From NCBI GenBank assembly GCA_963850305.1, contig CAWKKR010000005.1:335641-399640 (forward strand): a stretch of 64,000 nucleotides of DNA, written 5' to 3'. Positions 40,335 through 50,318 of this stretch are shown here, one piece after another. Made by a program: the position numbers and the translations under genes. The notes under the pieces are model-generated. The model was not told the origin of the DNA. It was given only the letters and a program-made list of their open reading frames with translations, and did no database searches. The stretch's first letter is position 1, and each line of letters begins with the position of its first letter. The stretch is from an uncultured delta proteobacterium (lineage in GTDB: Bacteria; Myxococcota_A; Polyangia; Polyangiales; Polyangiaceae).

Positions 40335-41000
40335 ATGGAAATTCTTCTCGTCCGCCACGGGGAGAGCGAAGGCAACCTCGCCGGGCGTCTCCAGGGTCAC
40401 GTGGATTCACCGCTGTCCGCGCTCGGCCGCGCCCAGGCGACGCGCCTGGGCGGCTGGCTCGCCGCGCGCGGGCTTCGCTGGACGTCCGCATACGCCTCGC
40501 CGCTCGCGCGGGCCCGGGACACGGCGGCGCTCATCGCCGAGCGCACCGGGTTTCCCGCGGCGACTCTCGACGAAGATCTGCGCGAGATCGGCGCGGGCGC
40601 GCTCGAGGGGCTCACGCGCGACGAGATGATCCGCAAGTTTCCGCGCTTCATCGATCGCGGTATCGCGGATCTCGGAGACTTCGCCGAGTTCGGCGGCGAG
40701 GGCTACGACACGGTCCAGATGCGCGTCGCGCGGATGCTCGAGAAGCTCAAGGCGCGCCACCGCGGCCCGTCGGAGCTCGCGCTCGTCGTGGCCCACGGGG
40801 GCATCAACTTCCAGATGGTGAAAGCCGCCGTCTGCGTTCCAGTGCCGCGTGTCTGCATCCTGCACTGGGGGAACTGCACCGCGTGCCTGCTCCGCTTCAG
40901 AGAGCGGCGCGGCACGTACATGGCCGAGGTCGCGTGGCACGTCCCCGTCGAGCTGATGGGTGGCGACGCGGGCGCGGAATCCACCGGAGTGTTCCGGTAG
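40335..41000 (+). CDS. histidine phosphatase (phosphoglycerate mutase family)
   Basis: LVRHGES, SPLARARDT, LRE, VAHGG. Confidence 0.92.
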   Translation: MEILLVRHGESEGNLAGRLQGHVDSPLSALGRAQATRLGGWLAARGLRWTSAYASPLARARDTAALIAERTGFPAATLDEDLREIGAGALEGLTRDEMIRKFPRFIDRGIADLGDFAEFGGEGYDTVQMRVARMLEKLKARHRGPSELALVVAHGGINFQMVKAAVCVPVPRVCILHWGNCTACLLRFRERRGTYMAEVAWHVPVELMGGDAGAESTGVFR

Positions 41001-41019
41001 AGGCTGGTAGATTCGCGCG

Positions 41020-42387
41020 GTGACGATCGAGCTGACGTTCGCTTCGGGCACCGTGGAAGTGCGCGGCCTCGACGACGCGAGCGCGGCCTCGCTGCCGTCC
41101 CTCGTTCGCGACGGGCGGACGAAGTCGCATCGCGTGCCGGCCGTGGCCTACGCAGACCTGGTTCGCGCGCTCGTCCGCGCCGGGCTCGAGTACGAAGACG
41201 CGGCTCGTCGGTACGACGACGTGCCGCTCGAGATTCGCGCCGCCAAGGTGTCGCGGCCCTATCAAACGGAGGCGTGCGATGCGTGGCGCAAGGCGCGAGG
41301 GCGCGGGGTCGTCGTCTTGCCGACGGGTGCGGGCAAGACGTACGTCGCCGTCCTCGCCGCTGCGGACAAGCAACGGAGCACGCTGGTCGTCACGCCCACG
41401 CTCGATCTCGTGCGCCAGTGGTACGACGTGTTCCGCACCTCGTTCGGAATGGACGTCGGTGTGATCGGCGGCGGCGAGCACGTGGTGCGACCGCTCACCG
41501 TGACGACCTACGACTCCGCGTATCTTCACATGGAGACGCTCGGGGCGCGGTTCGGTCTCGTCGTATTCGACGAGTGTCATCATTTGCCCGGGGAAGCTTA
41601 CACACTTGCCGCACGCCACTGCCTCGCGCCCTTCCGGCTCGGACTCACGGCTACCCCCGAGCGCGCGGACGGGCGCGACGCGCTCCTCACGGAGCTCGTC
41701 GGTCCGGTCGTCTATCGCAAGGACATCGTCGAGCTCTCCGGAAATTATCTCGCCGAGTACGATGTCGAGCGCATCACGGTCTCGCTCGGCCCGGCCGAGC
41801 GCGCCGAGTACGCGGCGGAGCGCGCCGTCTACATCGACTTCCTGCGCTCCCAGGGGATTCGCATGTCGAGCACCTCCGGCTGGGGTGAGTTCATCATGCG
41901 CTCGACCATGAGCGAGAGCGGTCGTCGCGCGATGCAGGCATACAGGCGTCAGCGCGAGCTCGCGTTCGCGGCCCCGGCAAAGCTCGATTATCTGGAGACC
42001 CTGCTGCACGACCATCGCACCGACCGCGTCCTCGTCTTCACCGACGACAACGCAACCGCGTACGCCGTGTCGCGGCGGTTCCTCGTGCCCGCGATCACGC
42101 ACCAGACGAAAGTCACGGAGCGCAGCGAGCTCCTGGCGCGCTTCGGCGACGGCCGTTACGGCGTGGTGGTCACGTCGAAGGTATTGAACGAAGGTGTCGA
42201 CGTTCCCGACGCCAATGTCGCGGTCGTCCTTTCCGGCAGTGGCTCCGTCCGCGAGCACGTTCAGCGCCTGGGACGCATCCTGCGGCCCAAGGCCGGGAAG
42301 CGCGCGACGCTGTACGAGATCGTCTCCGCGGACACCGCCGAGGCGTACACCAGCGAGCGGCGGCGGGAGCACGATGCTTACCGCTGA
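41020..42387 (+). CDS. XPB/Rad25-like superfamily 2 DNA helicase
   Basis: RPYQ, LPTGAGKT, DECHH, LGLTATPER, LNEGVDVP, QRLGRILR. Confidence 0.92.
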   Translation: MTIELTFASGTVEVRGLDDASAASLPSLVRDGRTKSHRVPAVAYADLVRALVRAGLEYEDAARRYDDVPLEIRAAKVSRPYQTEACDAWRKARGRGVVVLPTGAGKTYVAVLAAADKQRSTLVVTPTLDLVRQWYDVFRTSFGMDVGVIGGGEHVVRPLTVTTYDSAYLHMETLGARFGLVVFDECHHLPGEAYTLAARHCLAPFRLGLTATPERADGRDALLTELVGPVVYRKDIVELSGNYLAEYDVERITVSLGPAERAEYAAERAVYIDFLRSQGIRMSSTSGWGEFIMRSTMSESGRRAMQAYRRQRELAFAAPAKLDYLETLLHDHRTDRVLVFTDDNATAYAVSRRFLVPAITHQTKVTERSELLARFGDGRYGVVVTSKVLNEGVDVPDANVAVVLSGSGSVREHVQRLGRILRPKAGKRATLYEIVSADTAEAYTSERRREHDAYR

Positions 42388-43594
42388 GCACGTTCGCGTC
42401 AGGAAAAAGAACGGCGAGCTCGTCATTCGTCCGCTCGATGGTCGCGACGCGGAGCGGGCGCTCGAGCTTGCCGCGGCTCATCTGGACGTGGCCCGCGAGT
42501 TCGTGGGGCGCACCCGCGACGAGCTCGAGGAGGCCTGGTCTGCCGTACCCGTGGCGGTTCGCGATCGAAAGCTCGCCGACGGACTCCGCAAGCTCATCGA
42601 AGACGCGAGTGAATTCTCGGCGGACGAGAGCGTGGACCCGATCGCCCTGCGGGGGGACCTCTTTCTCGCCGCGAGCGCCGCGCGCGGGGCGCTCGCGCCC
42701 GAGGAGCGATTTGCGCGTGGCCCGCTCGTGCAAGCCGCAGCCGCGCGCCACGGCATATCGCCCGACGCGCTCGAGCGTGCGCTATATGCGGACCTGCGCG
42801 GCGAACAGCTCCTGCTCGCGGCGCTTCCGGCGCGCCCGGAGACTCTCGTCGAGCATTACGACCGCGGGCAGGTCCAGGCCGTCTTGCTCCGCGCGGTGCG
42901 GCTGACCGTCGACGTCGCGTGTGCCACGCCGGCCGCGTATCGAGCCCTGTTTCGCGAGCTGAAGTTCCGGCGCTTGATCCACCGCATCGAGCGGCTCACC
43001 GAAGGATACCGCATCGAGATCGACGGACCTTACAGCCTCTTCGAGTCGGTGACGAAGTACGGACTTCAGCTCGCGCTCGTGCTCCCTGCGCTCGAAGCAT
43101 GCGACGCGCTGTCGCTTCGGGCGGAGATCCGCTGGGGCAAGCAGCGCGAAGCCCTTTCTTTCCATCATCGAAGCACCCGCTCGAACCGTACGGAGCAGGG
43201 CGCGTCGGCGCCGCGACTGCGCGAGGACATCGCGGCGCTCGCGGACGCGTTCAGGAACCTTGCCGGACCGTGGTCCGTGTCGGAGAGCGACGTCGTGCTC
43301 GATTTGCCGGGCATCGGCGTCTGCATTCCCGATCTCGTTTTCGAACGGCGCAAAAAGCCGCGGGTGTACTTCGAGGCGCTCGGCTTCTGGAACCGTGACG
43401 CGGTCTGGAAGCGTGTCGAGCTGGTGGAGCGCGGGCTCCCGTCGCCGATTCTCTTCGCGGCGAGCAGTCGCTTGCGCGTGAGCGAGTCCATCCTGGACGA
43501 CGCGGAGGCCGCCGCGCTCTACGTCTACAAGGGCGTCATGAGCGCCCGCGCCGTCGAACGGAAGCTGGACGAGCTCGTCGGGAAAGCCCGGTGA
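42374..43594 (+). CDS. DUF790-family (Bax1-like) endonuclease
   Basis: MLT N-terminus, LYADL, IDGPYSLF..TKYG, IPDLVF...YFEALGFW; overlaps the helicase gene. Confidence 0.88.
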   Translation: MLTAEHVRVRKKNGELVIRPLDGRDAERALELAAAHLDVAREFVGRTRDELEEAWSAVPVAVRDRKLADGLRKLIEDASEFSADESVDPIALRGDLFLAASAARGALAPEERFARGPLVQAAAARHGISPDALERALYADLRGEQLLLAALPARPETLVEHYDRGQVQAVLLRAVRLTVDVACATPAAYRALFRELKFRRLIHRIERLTEGYRIEIDGPYSLFESVTKYGLQLALVLPALEACDALSLRAEIRWGKQREALSFHHRSTRSNRTEQGASAPRLREDIAALADAFRNLAGPWSVSESDVVLDLPGIGVCIPDLVFERRKKPRVYFEALGFWNRDAVWKRVELVERGLPSPILFAASSRLRVSESILDDAEAAALYVYKGVMSARAVERKLDELVGKAR

Positions 43595-44345
43595 CGCGCC
43601 GGCCGGCGTGGAGCGTCAGGGTGCGCGCGAAGACGGGCTCGCTCGAGAGCGCGCGCAGCCGCGTCCGGAGCGACGTGAATCGCTCGGCGTTCATGGCCGG
43701 CCCGATGAAGGACAGCGAGCGCAGTATTCGTTCCAGGCCGTCGTGGTCGACGCGCGTCTCGTCGTGAATCGTCGTGACGAGGGTCAGAGGAATCCGTGTG
43801 ATGGCCGCGAGTTGCTTCAGCGCGGGAGCTCCCGTGCGTGCGCGTCGTTGAGAGGCATTCTCGACGAGCTGGCGCAGGTCGCGCATGAACTCCGTGTCCG
43901 CGAGCGCCACCATGACGACCGCCAGCGCGCCGTCTGGCGCCAGAATGCGCGCCACCTCCCGCGACGCGAGCTCCGCGTTCATGAAGTGGAGCGCGTCGCT
44001 GATGACCACGAGATCGATCGAGGCGTCCGCGAATGGCAGCGCTTCGGCAGCGGCGTGAAGCGCACGAAGCCGGACGCCGCGGAGGTGGGCCGCGGCACGG
44101 AGTTCCGCGAGCATCGCGTCCGCGGGCTCGACCGCGGTCACATCGATACCGCGCTCCGCCAGCGGAATGGCAACGTGCCCGATGCCCGCGCCGAGGTCCG
44201 CGACGCGAGCGCCCTCCGTCGCGAACTCCGCGATGCGGTCGATCAGCGCCGCGGGGTAGGGTGGTCGCGCCGCGTAGCCGGCCGCCACGCGATTGAACAC
44301 CCAGCGCGAGGCGTCTTCGACGCGAACGTCACGGCGGCCTTTCAC
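43536..44345 (-). CDS. class I SAM-dependent methyltransferase
   Basis: YAARPPYP, ADLGAGIG, AVEP..AM, AEALP, ALHF; only the 3' part of the 1009-aa track ORF is real. Confidence 0.85.
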   Translation of the reverse strand: MKGRRDVRVEDASRWVFNRVAAGYAARPPYPAALIDRIAEFATEGARVADLGAGIGHVAIPLAERGIDVTAVEPADAMLAELRAAAHLRGVRLRALHAAAEALPFADASIDLVVISDALHFMNAELASREVARILAPDGALAVVMVALADTEFMRDLRQLVENASQRRARTGAPALKQLAAITRIPLTLVTTIHDETRVDHDGLERILRSLSFIGPAMNAERFTSLRTRLRALSSEPVFARTLTLHAGRRVTGLSRRARPASVRRRGRS

Positions 44346-44675
44346 GGTGAAACGCTCGTTTCGAAATCCGCAGCGACCAAACTTCAGGAGGCCGGGGCTG
44401 ACGAGCACCTGGCACGGCGCGAATCTTCGGAGAAGTGCCGCGCGGCCGTCAAGGTACCGCGACGCTGACCGGGCTCCCAGACCGCTCGAGCGAGGCTCCG
44501 GTTGGCGATGCCGGGGTCGGTTTCGGGCGCGCCCGTCCCCGCAACCGGCCCGGCTTCCAATCGAGGCTGCCGCCGGGTCCCCTTTTGTCCCCGGAAGGTG
44601 CATGCTGCGGTGACCGGGCTGCGTGAGGGTGGTTCGAGTCGCGTCGATGCCTGGATGAACGACGAGGTCAGAGTC

Positions 44676-46532
44676 ATGCGGAAAGTTCTCGGTCTTGGTT
44701 TTTTGGTGCTCGGTGCGAGCGTGGCGGCGTGCACCTCGTCGCACGGCGGGGGCACGGGCGATGGCGGAGCCGGAAGTGCAAGTGCGGGCGGTGCGAATCA
44801 GAGCGCGGGCGGCGTCGCGAACGGCAGCTCCGGCGGCTCGAGCGCGGGCGGCGTCGCGAACGGCAGCTCCGGCGGCTCGAGCGCGGGCGGCGTCGCGAAC
44901 GGCAGCTCCGGCGGCTCGAGCGCGGGCGGCGCGGCGGCTGGAAGCTCGGGGGGCACGGCGAATCAAGGCGCCGGCGGCACTCCCGTCACGGGTACCGTCA
45001 TACCGCCGGGCGATCCGGGCACCGCGGACGTGAAGTTCACCATCAACACAACCCAGAACGCGCACCCGATCTCGCCGTACATCTACGGGACCAACGGCGG
45101 CGATCTCACGAAGGAAGCGAAGGGCGAGACGATGACGCGCATGGGCGGCAATCGGCTCACTGCGTACAACTGGGAAACGAACGCCTCGAATGCGGGCTCG
45201 GACTACCAGTACGAGAACGACAATTACATGAGCGCGAGCACGACCGCCGGCGCGCCGATGAAGGCCGCAGTTCAGACGGCGAACGCGTCCGCGGCGAGCA
45301 TCATCATGACCGTTCCGATGGCGGGCTGGGTCTCCGCGGACGAGAGCGGGCCCTGTAACGCGCATCCCCCGGACACGGCGACCATCGAACAGCACTTCTT
45401 TCCGATCATCGCCGCGAAGGGCTCGGCGTTTGTGTATCCGCCCGACACGACCGACGGCAAAGTGTACGCGGACGAGTTCGTGTCGTGGCTCGAGTCGCAG
45501 TTCCCGAACGCGCAGACGGACGCGACGCGGCGCATCTTCTACATGCTCGACAACGAACCCGATCTCTGGTCGAGCACGCACAGCGAGATCCATCCCGACG
45601 CCGTGACGTACGCGGAGCTCGTGCAGAAGAGCACGGCCACCGCGACGGCGATCAAAGCCGTGGCCCCGAACGCGCTCGTCTTCGGCCCGGTGAGCTACGG
45701 ATGGGAGGGTTACACGACCTTGCAGAACGCGCCCGACGCGAACAACCGTGATTTTCTCGAATTTTATCTCGACTCGATGAAGACCGCGGCGACCACCGCC
45801 GGCAAGCGCTTGCTCGACGTGCTCGACGTGCACTGGTATCCGGAAGCGACGGGCGGCGGCACGCGCATCACCGATCAGGGCACCTCCGCCGCCGAGGTGA
45901 CGGCGAGGATCCAGGCTCCGCGCTCCCTCTGGGACCCGACTTACACGGAGACGAGCTGGATCACGCAGGACAGCACCAACGGCCCCATCGAGCTCATCCC
46001 GCTCCTGACGAAAAAGATCGCCGATCACTACCCCGGCACGAAGCTCTCCATCAGCGAATACAACTACGGAGGGAGCACCGACATTTCGGGCGGCATCGCG
46101 GAAGCGGACGTGCTCGGCATCTTCGGTTACCAGGGGCTCTTTGCCGCCGCCATGTGGCCGCTCGCGGCCACGAGTCCGTACATCTTCGGCGGTTTCGCCA
46201 TGTACCGGAATTACGACGGCAATGGCGCGACCTTCGGCGACACGTCCGTGGATTCGACCACGTCGGCGGTCGACACGAGCTCCGTTTATGCGAGCGTGTC
46301 GTCGACCGCGCCGACGAACGTCGTCGTCGTCGCCATCAACAAGAACACGACGGCGATGACCGCCGGCATCACGCTGACCCACGACGTCCACTTGCCCCAC
46401 GCGGACGTCTACACGCTCACGAGTGCCGGCTCGTCCCCCGTCAAGGGCACCGTCATCGACGAGGTCGCGACGAACGCCTATCACTACGCGATGCCCCCGA
46501 TGAGCGTCACCACGCTCGTGTTTCACCCCTGA
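44676..46532 (+). CDS. glycoside hydrolase family 44 (endoglucanase/xyloglucanase) lipoprotein
   Basis: ISPYIYG.N, GGNRLTAYNWETNASNAG, LDNEP, DVHWYPE, ISEYNYG; the linker carries three 39-bp tandem repeats. Confidence 0.93.
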   Translation: MRKVLGLGFLVLGASVAACTSSHGGGTGDGGAGSASAGGANQSAGGVANGSSGGSSAGGVANGSSGGSSAGGVANGSSGGSSAGGAAAGSSGGTANQGAGGTPVTGTVIPPGDPGTADVKFTINTTQNAHPISPYIYGTNGGDLTKEAKGETMTRMGGNRLTAYNWETNASNAGSDYQYENDNYMSASTTAGAPMKAAVQTANASAASIIMTVPMAGWVSADESGPCNAHPPDTATIEQHFFPIIAAKGSAFVYPPDTTDGKVYADEFVSWLESQFPNAQTDATRRIFYMLDNEPDLWSSTHSEIHPDAVTYAELVQKSTATATAIKAVAPNALVFGPVSYGWEGYTTLQNAPDANNRDFLEFYLDSMKTAATTAGKRLLDVLDVHWYPEATGGGTRITDQGTSAAEVTARIQAPRSLWDPTYTETSWITQDSTNGPIELIPLLTKKIADHYPGTKLSISEYNYGGSTDISGGIAEADVLGIFGYQGLFAAAMWPLAATSPYIFGGFAMYRNYDGNGATFGDTSVDSTTSAVDTSSVYASVSSTAPTNVVVVAINKNTTAMTAGITLTHDVHLPHADVYTLTSAGSSPVKGTVIDEVATNAYHYAMPPMSVTTLVFHP

Positions 46533-46573
46533 GGGCTCGGGTACACTCGGGACGGCTCCACTCACGCTGGAAA

Positions 46574-46669
46574 GAGCTCATCCGAGCCCGCTTTCGCTCG
46601 AAGTGAGCCGCGGAGAGCTCATCCGAGCCCGCTTTCGCTCGAAGTGAGCCGCGGAGAGCTCATCCGAGC
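46574..46669. repeat. 41-bp tandem repeat (about 2.3 copies)
   Basis: GAGCTCATCCGAGC at 46574, 46615 and 46656. Confidence 0.85.
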
Positions 46670-46759
46670 TTCTGGGCGCTCGAAACGAGCGGCGCGGAGC
46701 TCAACCGAGCGTTCAGCGCCTCGAGGTGAGCAAATTTTTGCTCGGCCAAGCGAGCGCCC

Positions 46760-46880
46760 GGCTCGAATCGAGCCGTCGGGAGCTCCCGTGAGCCCGTGCA
46801 AGGCTCGAATCGAGCCGTCGGGAGCTCCCGTGAGCCCGTGCAAGGCTCGAATCGAGCCGTCGGGAGCTCCCGTGAGCCCT
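46760..46880. repeat. 42-bp palindromic tandem repeat (about 3 copies)
   Basis: GGCTCGAATCGAGCC-GT-CGGGAGCTCCCG units at 46760, 46802 and 46844. Confidence 0.9.
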
Positions 46881-46919
46881 GAACGGCTCAACTCGACCCA
46901 TCGGAGCTAACGTGAGCGA

Positions 46920-47534
46920 ATGTCCGAGCGCGGTCGATGGTTTGCGCATCCGACGGCGGTCATCGACGAGCCTGTCGAGATCGGCGACGGCACGGAGATC
47001 TGGCACTTCGGCCACGTCAGCGCGAACTGTACGATCGGTGAGCGCTGCAAGTTCGGCCAGAACCTGTTCGTCGCGTCCGGTGTGCGCATCGGCAACGGCG
47101 TCAAGGTCCAGAACAACGTTTCCATCTATGCCGGCACCGTCATCGAGGACGACGTGTTCCTCGGGCCGTCCTCGGTGCTCACCAACATTTCGAACCCGCG
47201 CGCCGAGCTCGATCGACGGACGGCATACGAACCCACGCTCATCCGCCGCGGCGCGACCGTCGGCGCCAACGCGACGATCGTGTGCGGAGTGACGCTCGGA
47301 CGCCATGCGTTCGTTGCGGCCGGTGCGGTGGTCACACACAGCGCGCCGGACTACGCGTTGCTGGCCGGCGTCCCGGCGCGCCACGTCGGCTGGATTAGCC
47401 GCCACGGCCATCGTCTCGAGTTCGCGGAGGATGGAACGGCCCGTTGCCTCGAGAGCGAATACCGCTACACGCTGCACGCCGGCGTCGTGCAATGCCTGGA
47501 CCTCGACGAAGACGCGCCGTTGCCACGACGCTAG
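46920..47534 (+). CDS. hexapeptide-repeat N-acetyltransferase (WbpD/WlbB-like)
   Basis: HPTAVID, IWHF, GQN, KVQNNVSIY, GANATIVCG, GVPAR. Confidence 0.9.
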   Translation: MSERGRWFAHPTAVIDEPVEIGDGTEIWHFGHVSANCTIGERCKFGQNLFVASGVRIGNGVKVQNNVSIYAGTVIEDDVFLGPSSVLTNISNPRAELDRRTAYEPTLIRRGATVGANATIVCGVTLGRHAFVAAGAVVTHSAPDYALLAGVPARHVGWISRHGHRLEFAEDGTARCLESEYRYTLHAGVVQCLDLDEDAPLPRR

Positions 47535-47544
47535 GTGCTACTAG

Positions 47545-48045
47545 CAAAGGGGGGCCTTTGCCCCCCGCGGCTTGCTTCGCAACCGCTCCCCCCGCCGCCT
47601 TCGGCGGGCTCGTGCTCGCAAGGGGGTCTTGACCCCCGCGGCTCGCTCCGCGCCCGCTCCCCCCGCCGCCTTCGGCGGGCTCGTGCTCGCAAGGGGGTCT
47701 TGACCCCCGCGGCTCGCTCCGCGCCCGCTCCCCCCGCCGCCTTCGGCGGGCTCGTGCTCGCAAGGGGGTCTTGACCCCCGCGGCTCGCTCCGCGCCCGCT
47801 CCCCCCGCCGCCTTCGGCGGGCTCGCTTTGCTCGCAAGGGGGGCCTTTGCCCCCCGCGGCTTGCTCCGCGACCGCTCCCCCCGCCGCCTTCGGCGGGCTC
47901 GCTATGCTCGCAAGGGGGGCCTTTGCCCCCCGCGGCTTGCTCCGCAACCGCTCCCCCCGCCGCCTTCGGCGGGCTCGCTTTGCTCGCGTAGTTCCGCAGC
48001 TCTTTGATCCCTCGGGGACGACGCGGCTCGTCGATGCGGAACTAC
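47545..48045. repeat. second array of about 71-bp REP-like units (6 copies, two variants), ending in the 58-bp GTAG element
   Basis: GGGGGTCTTGACCCCC and GGGGGCCTTTGCCCCC variants with CCGCCTTCGGCGG; between convergent genes. Confidence 0.93.
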
Positions 48046-48621
48046 TCAGTGCCGCACGACGCGCTCGATCCGTCTGTCGGGGACGAGCCACACCAGCGCG
48101 ACGAAGACGTAAAGAGCGCACGAGATCACCGGGTGTACGAAGGCTGCCGGAATCGCCACCCCGTAGGCCACCAGGGACACCTTGCCCTTCTTGTCGTCTT
48201 TGACCGCGGCCTTGAGCCGCGATGCCGGCCCCTGGTGGTGGACGATCGCGGCTTGCAGCACGGTGTACGCGACCGCGGACATGAGCAACACGACGCCGTA
48301 CGTGGCGGTCGGGACGGGCGCAAAGTGATTCTGTCCCATCCAGCCGGTGACGAACGGCGTGAGCGACAGCCAGAACAGAAGGTGCAAGTTCGCCCACAAG
48401 ATGGCGCCGTTCACGTGCTCCGTCAGCTGGAGCATGTGATGGTGGTTGTTCCAGTAAATCCCCACGAAAACGAAGCTCAGGACATACGTCAGAAATACCG
48501 GGAGGATCTGCTCGAGCGCCGCGAGATCCGTCCGGTGCGGGACCTGCAGCTCGAGCACCATGATGGTGATGATGATCGCGAGGACGCCATCGCTGAACGC
48601 TTCGAGGCGGGCCGTCTTCAT
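48046..48621 (-). CDS. TMEM175-family potassium channel
   Basis: RLEAFSDGVLAIIITIMVLEL, YVLSF, WNNHH. Confidence 0.93.
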   Translation of the reverse strand: MKTARLEAFSDGVLAIIITIMVLELQVPHRTDLAALEQILPVFLTYVLSFVFVGIYWNNHHHMLQLTEHVNGAILWANLHLLFWLSLTPFVTGWMGQNHFAPVPTATYGVVLLMSAVAYTVLQAAIVHHQGPASRLKAAVKDDKKGKVSLVAYGVAIPAAFVHPVISCALYVFVALVWLVPDRRIERVVRH

Positions 48622-48732
48622 CGGGGTCCCCGCGGAGTTTATCGATTGAGCGAAGCCAGGAGCGGGAAAACCGGGCGCGAGCGACCCGCGGCTCCAGTCG
48701 GATTCGTACACCGGCCAAGGCCCGCGATTTGC

Positions 48733-48777
48733 GGTGTCCGGGGCCGGAATTGAACCGCCGACACGTGGATTTTCAAT
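48733..48777 (-). mobile_element. 3' fragment of tRNA-Phe (att-like site 1)
   Basis: reverse complement is ATTGAAAATCCACGTGTCGGCGGTTCAATTCCGGCCCCGGACACC; no D-arm or 5' half. Confidence 0.85.
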
Positions 48778-49233
48778 GCCGGAACCGAAGGCCGCAAGAG
48801 GGCGGAAGGTTACGGAAAAACCGAAGCTGCGGAGGGTCGTGTAACGGATTTGCGGCGGCGCTCACCTGTTCACGTCGTACCGGCACAGCCGCAGTCTCTT
48901 CTCCGTGTGCCCGGCTGTCCCGTCCTTCAGGGCCAAGAGGCAACGCGATCGGCAAGGAGGAGGTGCTCGTAGAGTGCGAAGAGACGGTGCTTGCCGTCGT
49001 GCACCTGCCTACCCGCCCCCAAGAATGACCGGAGGCGCGTAGAAGGGTTGTGCGCAAAGCCGAGGCGGAGGCTGAGAGGCACTCAGTGGAGGACTCGTGG
49101 CGCATCAAGGCCCATTACGGCGACGGCGATCTCGTCTGCCCATGGGACCGTTCTCCGCGAGATCGGCGTACCGCCGCTCGAGAGTGCGGACCTCGCGCCG
49201 CTGCACGCGGCTTGAGGGGGAGCGTGGGTTGCG

Positions 49234-49421
49234 TTCTCCGAAGCGTCGAGGGGCCGCCCGACACGCGCGACGACGAGGCATGGCTCGTGGAGCTTCGCGC
49301 GAGAGCCGAGCGCGTGCTTCGCGGCGAAGCGAAGGGGCGCCCGTGGCACGAGGTCCGCGACGCGCTCCTCGCTGACCTCCGACGTTGATGCGCGCTGTTC
49401 GTCGAGTCAGAAGCGGAGACC
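49234..49421 (+). repeat. 188-bp direct repeat, copy 1 (3' part of the addiction-module gene)
   Basis: nearly identical to 50120-50307 (one mismatch seen). Confidence 0.92.
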
Positions 49422-49427
49422 GAAATG

Positions 49428-49661
49428 TCAGGCGGCTCCCTTCTCCCGCGAAACAGCCCATTCGAGATGTAGCCGCTTCTTGGTCGCAGCGCACTCGCGC
49501 AAGTACAGATTGATGAGCGTCTGATATGGGATCGACGTCGCCTCGGACAACGACTTGAAGTACCGCAAGGTTTCCTGATCGACTCGAATCGTGACCTGTT
49601 TCTTCAACCTCTTCGCGTAAGGGTTCGGTCGAGCCTTGGAAAAGTCGTAATGTTTTCTCAT
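49428..49661 (-). CDS. brnA: BrnA-family antitoxin
   Basis: MRKHYDFSKARPNPYAKRLKKQVTIRVD...YFK...PYQTLINLYL. Confidence 0.9.
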   Translation of the reverse strand: MRKHYDFSKARPNPYAKRLKKQVTIRVDQETLRYFKSLSEATSIPYQTLINLYLRECAATKKRLHLEWAVSREKGAA

Positions 49662-49954
49662 CGTCTTGCCTCTTCTCTGTAGGTCGCTTGCTCGCCGCGG
49701 TCGGCTTTTCGCGCGGAGATGATCCGGATCACGTCACCCGATCGCCGGTAACAGTGACATACGACGAGGACGCGCAGAGTCGCACTCAGGCCCAGCAGAA
49801 CGAAGCGCTCTTCATCGTCCGAATGCTCGGGGTCGTCGAGCAGCAAAGCGTCATCGTCGGAGAACGCGGTCTCGGCCTCCTCGAACGAAACGCCGTGCTT
49901 GCGTCGATTCGAGGTGCTCTTGCGGGGGTCCCATTCGAACCGCAGTTCGGCCAC
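49658..49954 (-). CDS. brnT: BrnT-family toxin
   Basis: FEWDPRK...NRRKHGVSFEEA, HSDDEERF, IRIISARKA. Confidence 0.93.
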   Translation of the reverse strand: MAELRFEWDPRKSTSNRRKHGVSFEEAETAFSDDDALLLDDPEHSDDEERFVLLGLSATLRVLVVCHCYRRSGDVIRIISARKADRGEQATYREEARR

Positions 49955-49961
49955 GCACGAC

Positions 49962-49989
49962 ATTGTACATACAAAGTAAGTACACGCAA
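49962..49989 (-). promoter_or_regulatory. putative sigma70 promoter of brnTA with an overlapping operator palindrome
   Basis: TTGCGT-N16-TACAAT on the minus strand; TTGTA-CA-TACAA inverted repeat at 49963-49974. Confidence 0.55.
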
Positions 49990-50025
49990 GTTGCGAACTG
50001 CGCCTGCGCGCGCGAAGCTTCGTCG

Positions 50026-50274
50026 ATGAGCACCGGACATCAGGCTCGCGCGAGTGCGGACATGCTCGCGGAAGCGCTGAGCCTGCCCGAGGACCAACGC
50101 GTCTGCCTCGCCGCCGACCTTCTCCGAAGCGTCGAGGGGCCGCCCGACACGCCCGACGACGAGGCATGGCTCGTGGAGCTTCGCGCGAGAGCCGAGCGCG
50201 TGCTTCGCGGCGAAGCGAAGGGGCGCCCGTGGCACGAGGTCCGCGACGCGCTCCTCGCTGACCTCCGACGTTGA
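50026..50274 (+). CDS. putative addiction-module antitoxin (TIGR02574-like)
   Basis: ALSLPEDQR..LA..LL.S, AW..EL..R, PW.EVR. Confidence 0.85.
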   Translation: MSTGHQARASADMLAEALSLPEDQRVCLAADLLRSVEGPPDTPDDEAWLVELRARAERVLRGEAKGRPWHEVRDALLADLRR

Positions 50275-50307
50275 TGCGCGCTGTTCGTCGAGTCAGAAGC
50301 GGAGACC
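50120..50307 (+). repeat. 188-bp direct repeat, copy 2
   Basis: matches 49234-49421. Confidence 0.92.
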
Positions 50308-50318
50308 CCCTGAATTTC

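Noticed and set aside
44346..46565. 1009-aa minus-strand protein
   Set aside because: It is the antisense shadow of the GH44 gene; only 43536-44345 has methyltransferase motifs.
48780..50310. integron cassette array
   Set aside because: No attC-like structures were found, the repeats are coding-derived, and the integrase is phage/island-like rather than IntI-like.
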